A model generated the notes under the pieces. The model was given only the letters and a program-made list of their open reading frames with translations, was not told the DNA's origin and ran no database searches. Below, one piece after another: positions 29,969 to 37,218 of a stretch of 45,979 nucleotides of DNA. The translations under genes were made by a program, and so were the position numbers. Origin of the DNA: Candidatus Eiseniibacteriota bacterium (GTDB lineage Bacteria; Eisenbacteria; RBG-16-71-46); the NCBI GenBank assembly GCA_041492985.1, contig JBGPXY010000003.1, forward strand, positions 1-45,979, in the 5' to 3' direction. The number at the start of each line of letters is the position of its first letter. Position 1 is the first letter of the stretch.

Positions 29969-30661
29969 TTACCGAAGTCCGAGCCAGTCCTCGAGCAGGA
30001 ACTGGAACCGGCCGATCAGGAGCGAGATGCGCGACATCACCGTGTACCCGTAGCCGGCGCCGAAAGACACCATCAGGAAGAAGATGCCCAGCTTGGAGGC
30101 CACCGCAAGCCCACCCTTGTGCTCGCGGCTGTAGAAGAAGTAGAGCAGCGAGGTGATGAGGCCGACCGCGAACACCATGGCATTGAGGCTGGCGCCCAGG
30201 TCGCCGGAGATCCACAGCGGCTGCAGGCTCCCCTGGACCTGAGCCACGAAGTCGGCCTGCGCCGCTCCGGTGGTGCGGATGCCGGCGTAGACGCCGATGA
30301 TGACGGCGAGCGCCCAGCGCGAAAGCCAGCCGATCTTCCCGAACAGGCGGGTGAAGAGCAGCAGTCCGAGGATGCCGGGCACCACCAGGAAGATGCGGTA
30401 GTCGCCGAGACGTGGCAGGAAGAGCGATTGCAGGCCGGCCGGACCGGACGTGTTCACGAACGTATGGCTCAGGGGCTCCAGGAGATTCGGGACGATGACC
30501 GTCCAGAAGTTGAGGACGATGTAGTAGCCGGCCGAGACGCCGACGAACAGGTGTTCGGCGAACCGGTAGAACGGGTTGTCCTTGTACAGGAAGCTGAAGA
30601 TGCAGAGCGTGAGGAAGGCCCCCAGCCAGACGCTCAGATCGGGGCTCACATGGAAGCTCAC
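29969..30661 (-). CDS. Uncharacterised polytopic membrane protein (about 6 TM)
   Basis: 230 aa hydrophobic; motif-like SFLYKDNPFYRFAEHLFVGVSAGY and FGAGYGYTVMSR; GTGA overlap with the upstream gene. Confidence 0.85.
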   Translation of the reverse strand: MSFHVSPDLSVWLGAFLTLCIFSFLYKDNPFYRFAEHLFVGVSAGYYIVLNFWTVIVPNLLEPLSHTFVNTSGPAGLQSLFLPRLGDYRIFLVVPGILGLLLFTRLFGKIGWLSRWALAVIIGVYAGIRTTGAAQADFVAQVQGSLQPLWISGDLGASLNAMVFAVGLITSLLYFFYSREHKGGLAVASKLGIFFLMVSFGAGYGYTVMSRISLLIGRFQFLLEDWLGLR

Positions 30662-31485
30662 GCCGGCTCCCGCTTCTTCACCCGTTGGATGATGTTGCCG
30701 AGGACGATACAGAACGCCACGAAGATGTGGGCGAGCGACTGGGCATCCATGCCCTTGGTCGCCGTGCCCTTCTCGCCGCGCGCCTTCTCGTACTCCGCCG
30801 CCCCCGCCATGCCACCCAGCAGCCCGCGCAGCTGCCCCGACTGGAGATAGGGGTAGTATTCGGGCGCGCTCACCGCGGTGACCCCCGCGACCATGGGAAG
30901 ATGGAACCGCGAGTTCACCTGCTGGACCCATTCCTTGGTGCCGGGGAATCCGGCCGAGATGTTCACGAGCAGCGGGAAGCTCGAGTAGTCACGCACCCCC
31001 ATCATCAGCGGCAGCGTGTTGGTCTCGTTGCCGCGGTAGTCGCGCGGGAACGCGTTCTTGATCCCCTGCCCCATCAGCACCATGACCGCGTCATCCCCGG
31101 CCTTGTAGCCGAGATTGACCCAGTCCACGCCATAGCGCTTGTTCGGAAACTCGCGCGCGACGTCGTTGAGCGTCGCCTCGACCAGCCCCGGCCCGGCGTT
31201 CCACAGCACCGTCACCACCACCTTGCAGTCCTTGCGCAGGAGCTGGCGGAACGCGGTGCGATTCATCGGCACCATCTCGGGCCTGGCACTCGGGTCGTAG
31301 TCGCACGACATGAGCACGGTCGAGCCGTTGGGGAGGGCCTCGATCGCGTCGTTGAAGGCCTGGACCGGCGGCGAGACCTTGAGCGGCAGGCCGGCCGGGA
31401 AGATGAGCGGACCGGCGACCAGGAGTCCCATGACCAGGAACAGCCAGCGCCGGTCGAGCGTTTCGAGCCCGGTGGTCCACGACAT
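30658..31485 (-). CDS. Uncharacterised membrane-anchored alpha/beta protein (TM-domain-TM)
   Basis: N-terminal TM after DRR, alpha/beta core (YGVDWVNLGYKAG, GLLGGMAGAAEYE), C-terminal TM followed by QRVKKR. Confidence 0.85.
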   Translation of the reverse strand: MSWTTGLETLDRRWLFLVMGLLVAGPLIFPAGLPLKVSPPVQAFNDAIEALPNGSTVLMSCDYDPSARPEMVPMNRTAFRQLLRKDCKVVVTVLWNAGPGLVEATLNDVAREFPNKRYGVDWVNLGYKAGDDAVMVLMGQGIKNAFPRDYRGNETNTLPLMMGVRDYSSFPLLVNISAGFPGTKEWVQQVNSRFHLPMVAGVTAVSAPEYYPYLQSGQLRGLLGGMAGAAEYEKARGEKGTATKGMDAQSLAHIFVAFCIVLGNIIQRVKKREPA

Positions 31486-31488
31486 CGT

Positions 31489-32166
31489 CTAGTCCTCCCC
31501 GCTCAGGTAGGAACGCTCGATGCCGAGGATGACCCGCAGGCCGGTGGCCATCACCCCGAGTGCGGCGCCGATCAGGATGGCGCGCTTCGCGGTGTTCTGC
31601 GGGACCGACATGATCCACTCCTGGATGGTGCTCAGATGCAGCGTGTGCGGCACGCCGGGCAGCCACTTGGCCTGGAACAGCCAGTCGCTCAGCAGGTCGC
31701 CGAGCGGCACACGGCCCAGCATGACGATCAGCGCCGCGACCGCCAGCAACCCTGCCTCGACGGTCCGGATGCGGAAGGCGCGGAACGCCGCGGAGGCGAT
31801 GAAGAAGGCGAGCAGCGCGAACATGGTGGACGACATCGGCGAGTACACCCAGTCGTAGATCCACTTCGAGCGCATGGTCGGATTGAGGAACCCCTTCCCC
31901 TCGATCAGGCCGATGACCACCGTCGCCAGCAGCGAGACCACCAGGACGATCTTGTACGGCCAGCCCGGCTTCTTCTTGTAGATCGCGTCGAAGTTCACCC
32001 GCAGCGCGTTCGCCCCGCCCAGCACGTAGCCGAACCCCACCAGGATGACCGCGCTCGCCTGCAGGAAGTCCGCCGGGACGCTCACCCACTCGTGCGGCAC
32101 GAAGAACGACAGGATCATGAACAGCCCGATCACCGCCGTGATGAAGAGAGGGACTTCGCGTTTCAC
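31489..32166 (-). CDS. Uncharacterised polytopic membrane protein (5-6 TM)
   Basis: AGGAGG RBS; PMSSTMFALLAFFIASAAFRAFRIR, AKRAILIGAALG...LRVILGIER. Confidence 0.87.
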   Translation of the reverse strand: MKREVPLFITAVIGLFMILSFFVPHEWVSVPADFLQASAVILVGFGYVLGGANALRVNFDAIYKKKPGWPYKIVLVVSLLATVVIGLIEGKGFLNPTMRSKWIYDWVYSPMSSTMFALLAFFIASAAFRAFRIRTVEAGLLAVAALIVMLGRVPLGDLLSDWLFQAKWLPGVPHTLHLSTIQEWIMSVPQNTAKRAILIGAALGVMATGLRVILGIERSYLSGED

Positions 32167-32176
32167 CGACCGCCTC

Positions 32177-33391
32177 CTACTGGGTCATCATCCACTTCGT
32201 GAAGCCGTGCAGGTTGAGGGTCTCGAGGATGCACCCCACGATCACCGAGGCGATGATGATGATCTTCATGAGGTCGGTGCCCTTGAGCCCGCCCACCAGC
32301 TTGGGCTCACCGGACAAGTAGGCGCTCGCTGCGTATAGCTCTTCGCCGATGAGCGTGTAGTCGCAGGCGACCACGAAGAACGGCAGCTGGTGCACGTTCG
32401 CCGTGCCGGCCACCTGGATCGCCCCGGTCGCGAACCCGGTCTCGGCGAGCAGCAGCGACTCGGCGAAGAACGACCCCATGAAGATGTGGGCCGCCGGCCG
32501 ATCGCGGAGCATGATGCCGGTGACCGCCGCCACGTAGGCGAACTGCTCCGGCGAAACGAAGCGCACGCTGTCCGGGTCGTACGCCTCGGGCCGGCCGGCG
32601 TGCAGATAGCCGGCCTTCACCATCTCCTCGGCGATGGTGAACGGGATCGGATAGGTCACCGGGACGGTGATCGGCGTCTCGTAGCGCGCGGTCAGCTTGG
32701 CGACGCTCTCGAGGATCACCAGCGAGGCCACGGTCTGGATGTCGCTGATGTCCTGGATGCCGGGCACGTAGAGCACCGAGCGGCCCATCTCGGTGGCGCG
32801 GCCGATCGCTTCCTCGATCGCGTCGATGCCCGGGATGCGGCGGACGAACGGCTTCTTCCCCGCCTGCGCGCTGGCGATGTAGTAGAGGACGAAACCGAAG
32901 AACAGGATCGTGCCCACCAGGACGCTGCCGCGGGTCTGGTTGACCCACTGCGAGGTCGCCCGCACCGGGCCGGTCACGCTGCCGGCCAGCGTCAGCCCCC
33001 CGGGCCCCTGGGCGTCGATGCGGTAGAAGTACTCGGCGCCACGCGCCACGCCCTGGTCCATCTTGGAGATGGTGCCGGCCGCGACCGAATCCACCACGAC
33101 CCACGGACCGCCCGGGCTCTCGGCGCGCGCCACGTAGTACTGGGTGACGACGAGGCTCTTGGGGACGTCGTCGGGGGACGCTTTCCAGTCGAGCTGGATG
33201 CCGCGTCCCGCGTCGTTGGCGACATCGAGGGCGACCAGCCCCGAGGCGGGTCGGGGCGTGGGCATGGTTGTGGCCGCGATCGAATCCCGGTGGGTGGTCT
33301 GGGCCGCGGCGCTGGCGGCGAGGAGGAAGGCGGACGCGAGCGCGATGGCCCAGCCGGTGCCCGGCGCATCGCAGCGTGGCCTTCGTGGCAC
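32177..33391 (-). CDS. Signal peptide + FN3 domain + TM + DUF6754-like alpha/beta domain + TM
   Basis: AAGGAGG RBS 5 nt before GTG 33391 (ATG 33454 is an alternative); FN3 pattern (LDW...YYVAR...YFYRI); RRIPGIDAIEEAIGRATEMG, FFAESLLLAE, DYTLIGEELYAASAYL. The DUF name is from memory and not verified. Confidence 0.82.
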   Translation of the reverse strand: MPRRPRCDAPGTGWAIALASAFLLAASAAAQTTHRDSIAATTMPTPRPASGLVALDVANDAGRGIQLDWKASPDDVPKSLVVTQYYVARAESPGGPWVVVDSVAAGTISKMDQGVARGAEYFYRIDAQGPGGLTLAGSVTGPVRATSQWVNQTRGSVLVGTILFFGFVLYYIASAQAGKKPFVRRIPGIDAIEEAIGRATEMGRSVLYVPGIQDISDIQTVASLVILESVAKLTARYETPITVPVTYPIPFTIAEEMVKAGYLHAGRPEAYDPDSVRFVSPEQFAYVAAVTGIMLRDRPAAHIFMGSFFAESLLLAETGFATGAIQVAGTANVHQLPFFVVACDYTLIGEELYAASAYLSGEPKLVGGLKGTDLMKIIIIASVIVGCILETLNLHGFTKWMMTQ

Positions 33392-33470
33392 CGGTACCTC
33401 CTTGCCCTGGACACCGCGGGTCCGGCCAGCGGTCGGCGTCGCCCCCTCGTCCATCGCGTGAACCGGCGCG

Positions 33471-33500
33471 AACCTAGCAACCGGCCGCGAACGGTGTCAA
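33471..33500 (-). promoter_or_regulatory. sigma70-type promoter before the four membrane genes
   Basis: TTGACA-18 nt-TAGGTT with TGn extension. Confidence 0.62.
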
Positions 33501-33538
33501 CGCAAATGGGCGGGATGGCGTGGGTCCCCGAGCGGTCC

Positions 33539-34666
33539 TCAGTCCTCGATCAGCTCCACGTTCGCGCGCGGCACCACCGCCCGCGAGCGGTCGTCGGCGA
33601 ACTCGACCGTCATGACCCGGACCCGCGCTTCGGTCTCCAGCGGCTGGAGCTCCGGCGGCAGCTCGACCACGCGCGCGATGCGACCGAAGTACGGTTCGCG
33701 GATGACGCGCAGCACCGAGCCGATCTCCAGTCCCAGGGTCGCCGCCACGGCGCGCTGTCCGCCGGGCTGGCCGACGGCGCGCGGGATCACGATCTCGGGA
33801 CGCATGACGCCGGCCCGGATCTGCGTCGCGCCGCTCACCGACGCCTGATGCCCTTCGTGGGATCCCAGGAGCTTCCACGTGCGCTCGGCCATCCGGATGC
33901 GGCCGAAGCCCTCGGTGAGCACGAGCGTGAAGCCCAGATCCTCCGCGCCGGTGATCGCGACGCCGAGATCGCGACCCAGCAGCTGGCGCAGGTCGCGGTC
34001 GTCGAATCCTCCCACGACCACCGCCGCGATCTCGAGCTCGCGCGCGCGCATGAGCGTGGCGTGCGAGACGTAGGAGCCGCCCACGACCACACAGCCCTTG
34101 TGGGCGCTGGTGAGCTTCGCGGCGGACAGCTCCTCGTCGGGCGAGCCGGCCACCACGCGCAGCGCGCCGAAGGTCTCGCCGCCGACGCCGAAGATGCCCT
34201 GCATCAAGGCACCCTCGGCCTCGACGATGACGCCCTCCTCGGGGAGCACTTCGGCCACGCGCCCCTGCACGTACGCCTCGATCTGCACGGGGATGGGCGG
34301 CTCGCGCAGGATGAGCTGCCCGGTGATGGGCGAGACGCTCTCGATCGTGCCGTCGGCGGGAGCCGTGGCCTTCTGACGGACCAGCCCGAACAGGCTCTTG
34401 CCCTCGGCGATCACCGCGCTCTTGCGGATGGGCGCGCCGACCGGCACGGTGAGCGCGTCGGGCACGCGCGCGGGATCGATCGCCAGCTTGGCGGCGATGT
34501 TGACCGTCTGGACGTTGCCGGGCAGCTGGGTGCGTGCGACCACGGTGTCGGCCGACACCTGGTCGCCGACCGCGACCAGCACCTCGCCCTTGAGCGGCAG
34601 CCGGCGTTCGCGTCGCAGCACCGCGTGGTCGGTGACCCGGAGACCCGGCGTGTAGGCGTGCGCCAT
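33539..34666 (-). CDS. Uncharacterised soluble protein with repeated barrel-sandwich hybrid (lipoyl/RnfC-N-like) motifs and a C-terminal KOW/SH3-like domain
   Basis: 375 aa; GEVLVAVGDQV, PVGAPIRKSAVIA, APADGTI, AYVQGRV; IGSVLRVIREPYFGRIARV; TGATG overlap with the glmL-like stop. Confidence 0.8.
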   Translation of the reverse strand: MAHAYTPGLRVTDHAVLRRERRLPLKGEVLVAVGDQVSADTVVARTQLPGNVQTVNIAAKLAIDPARVPDALTVPVGAPIRKSAVIAEGKSLFGLVRQKATAPADGTIESVSPITGQLILREPPIPVQIEAYVQGRVAEVLPEEGVIVEAEGALMQGIFGVGGETFGALRVVAGSPDEELSAAKLTSAHKGCVVVGGSYVSHATLMRARELEIAAVVVGGFDDRDLRQLLGRDLGVAITGAEDLGFTLVLTEGFGRIRMAERTWKLLGSHEGHQASVSGATQIRAGVMRPEIVIPRAVGQPGGQRAVAATLGLEIGSVLRVIREPYFGRIARVVELPPELQPLETEARVRVMTVEFADDRSRAVVPRANVELIED

Positions 34667-36501
34667 CACACCTCCCGCGGGTAGAGGTCGAGCGCCTGGT
34701 TCCACGCCCGCAGCCGCGCGATGCGCTCGTGCGGAACGGCGGGCAGCGTGAACGGCCGCCGTCCGCGCGCATCGACGATGAGCCCCACCACACCCCCGGT
34801 GACATCCGCCTCGAGCGGCTTCCCCTTGCCGGCGCCGAGATCAAAGCCGCGCTCGGGGAAGGCGGTGAGGCGCACGAGCCCCTGCTCGGGCAGCGGGAGC
34901 AGCGCCAGGTCCCCGAACGCCACGCGCTTCGCCACCGGCGGACCGCCCTGCGGGGTCAGCTCGATGGTCATGCACGGCTGCCCGACCTTGGCGCTGCCGA
35001 TCGGCGCCAGCACCGCGCCCAGCCGGACCAGGCAATCGCGTTCGAACACCTGGGTCGCGGCTTCCTCGTGCACGGTCGAGAGCACGCCGAGTTGGGGGGC
35101 CATGAAGATGCTGTCGACCGCGAGGTGGGTGAGCCCTTCGGGCAGGAACGCGTCCACCATCATGAGCGCGGCCTGGACGCGCCGTGGCGCGTGCGAGAGC
35201 ACGCCTCCCGATCCGACCAGGAGCCCCAGGTCGCCCAGATTCACCAGGGTGGCGCCGCTCTCGGTCTGCGACATGATGTCCGAGATGGTGCGCTCGGTCT
35301 GCACACCCTTGAGCCCGACGGCCAGCGCCTTGTGCTGCTCGAAGGCGAGCCGGAGCGCTTCGCGGGCGATCGCCTGCTCGATGACCAGATCCTCGAGACT
35401 CTGGGGGATGGTCGTCGGCCGGATCATCTTGTTCTTCACCCGGTTCCTCAGGTCGACCTCGTCCACCGCGAAGGGCACCCAGCGGAGGATGTTCTCGATG
35501 CCGGCCTCGGCCATGACGTTCGAGACCGAGTAGCTCATGCCGAGGTTGGCGGAGACCGTGCGGTTGAAGACGCCCTGAAACACCGAGAACACGTCGGTGG
35601 TCGCCCCGCCGATGTCCACGCCCACCACCGCGAGCTGGTCGCGTTTGGCGATCGCCTCGATGATGATGCCGACCGCCCCCGGCGTCGGCATGATCGGCAC
35701 CGGCGACCAGGTCATGAGCTTCTTGTATCCGGGCGCATGCGCCATGACGTGCTCCATGAAGAGCTCGTGGATGGCGTCGCGCGCGGGCCCGAGGTTCTCG
35801 CGCTCCATCGCCGGGCGCAGGTTCGGCACCACGCTCAGCGCGGTGCGTTCGCCGAGCGTCTCGCGCACCACGCCGGCGGCGTCCTTGTTGCCGGCGTAGA
35901 TGACCGGCAGCCGGTAGCCGGCGCCCAGCCGCGCCTTGGGATCGGCGGCGAGCAGGATCTCGGCCATCTCGGCGACACGGCGCACGTCCCCGCCGTCCGT
36001 GCCCCCGGAGAGCAGGATCATGTCGGGCCGCAGCTGGCGCAGTCGGCGGATCTTCTCGTGCGGACGCCGTCCGTCGTTGAGGGCGATGACGTCCATCACG
36101 ATCGCCCCCGCCCCCAGCGCCGCGCGTTGCGCGCTCTCGCCCGTCATCTGCAGCACCAGCCCCGAGACCATCATCTGCAGCCCGCCGCCGGCACTCGAGG
36201 TGGATACGTAGAGATCGACGCCCTCCTCGCCCGCCTGCGGGGTGATGATGCGCTCGCCGTCGAGGATGCGGCGTCCGGCCAGTTCCTCCACCTCGCGCAC
36301 CGCGTTCAGCACGCCGCGCGTGACGTCTTCGAAGGGCGCCTCGACGGTGGTCGGCGCCTCGCCACGCACGATCAGGCGGTAGCCGTCGCCGCGCTTCTCG
36401 ATCAGGATCGCCTTGGTGGTCGTGGACCCGCAATCGGTGGCGAGGATGGAACGGATGGATGCGGGGTCGATCGGGCTGGCCTCCATGGTCTCCGGCGTCA
36501 C
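34666..36501 (-). CDS. GlmL-like (glutamate mutase accessory 'L' family) ASKHA-fold ATPase with a C-terminal extension
   Basis: DCGSTTTK (phosphate 1), SSAGGGL, GGTDGG, IYAGN, PTPGAV, DIGGATTDVFS (phosphate 2), RTVSANLGMSYS, GSGG. Confidence 0.85.
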   Translation of the reverse strand: MTPETMEASPIDPASIRSILATDCGSTTTKAILIEKRGDGYRLIVRGEAPTTVEAPFEDVTRGVLNAVREVEELAGRRILDGERIITPQAGEEGVDLYVSTSSAGGGLQMMVSGLVLQMTGESAQRAALGAGAIVMDVIALNDGRRPHEKIRRLRQLRPDMILLSGGTDGGDVRRVAEMAEILLAADPKARLGAGYRLPVIYAGNKDAAGVVRETLGERTALSVVPNLRPAMERENLGPARDAIHELFMEHVMAHAPGYKKLMTWSPVPIMPTPGAVGIIIEAIAKRDQLAVVGVDIGGATTDVFSVFQGVFNRTVSANLGMSYSVSNVMAEAGIENILRWVPFAVDEVDLRNRVKNKMIRPTTIPQSLEDLVIEQAIAREALRLAFEQHKALAVGLKGVQTERTISDIMSQTESGATLVNLGDLGLLVGSGGVLSHAPRRVQAALMMVDAFLPEGLTHLAVDSIFMAPQLGVLSTVHEEAATQVFERDCLVRLGAVLAPIGSAKVGQPCMTIELTPQGGPPVAKRVAFGDLALLPLPEQGLVRLTAFPERGFDLGAGKGKPLEADVTGGVVGLIVDARGRRPFTLPAVPHERIARLRAWNQALDLYPREV

Positions 36502-36809
36502 CCCTTGCCGCGGGCCGCGCGCTTGAGACGCGCCGCGTCCTCCCCCGCCTCGATGCGGAGGATGAGCGCTTCGATCGCGTCCCGTCGCTCGAGCAGGGCG
36601 GTGACGCGCTGGTAGTCGGTGAAGCGGAACAGGGACTGGATCATCGGCTCGAAGAAGATGAGCGCCTGGCTGGCGATCACCGACAGCGGCTTGGCGGTCT
36701 CGAGGGTGAGGATCGCCGGCACCGACATGTGCAGCTCGACCACGCGGGTGGCGACCCGCTCGATCAACGCCTGGTCGGCGGCGGACAGCGACGGGGCGTC
36801 AGAGGCCAT
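36498..36809 (-). CDS. Small uncharacterised helical protein (103 aa)
   Basis: VPAILTLETAKPLSVIASQALIFFEP...LLERRDAIEALILRIE; overlaps both neighbours. Confidence 0.75.
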   Translation of the reverse strand: MASDAPSLSAADQALIERVATRVVELHMSVPAILTLETAKPLSVIASQALIFFEPMIQSLFRFTDYQRVTALLERRDAIEALILRIEAGEDAARLKRAARGKG

Positions 36810-37218
36810 GGTCGTGGAGTCGCGCCGCGAGATCGGCGAGCAGGGCGTCACGGTCGCGCGAGGGCAATGGCAGGAGCAGGCCGCGGTAGGGATCGAGCCA
36901 GTGCGGTCGCGCGTAGGGCGAGACCAGCACGCCCGCGGGGCGGGTCGCCGCCCGTCGCAGCGTCGCCCACGGCCGGCGGACGGTGCCGAGCGGGCCGCGT
37001 CGCTCGACGCCTTCCTCGTCCACCCGGCAGCGCGCCGGCGAGAGCACCGGCGACAGGGTCCCCAGCACCGCCAGGCCGAGCACCACCCGGACCGCCAGCG
37101 GTTCGCTCAGGCTGGCCACCACCAGGCAGATCCCCAGCGTCATGAGCGCGCCCGCGCCCGCCGCCAGCGGCCGGTCGCGCCACGGGTTGAAGGACCATTC
37201 GAGCGCGGCCGCGCTCAT
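36799..37218 (-). CDS. Small membrane protein (2 TM + short beta, PH-like domain)
   Basis: Two hydrophobic segments then CRVDEEGVE...RRPW...GVLVSPY; ATGA overlap with the gcvPB stop. Confidence 0.72.
   Translation of the reverse strand: MSAAALEWSFNPWRDRPLAAGAGALMTLGICLVVASLSEPLAVRVVLGLAVLGTLSPVLSPARCRVDEEGVERRGPLGTVRRPWATLRRAATRPAGVLVSPYARPHWLDPYRGLLLPLPSRDRDALLADLAARLHDHGL

Noticed and set aside
34666-36501. Mismatch-repair MutL partner for mutS
   Set aside because: The GlmL family is also called 'MutL' (mutase L), but this protein has ASKHA motifs, not the GHKL motifs (ELVENSxDAG, GFRGEAL) of repair MutL
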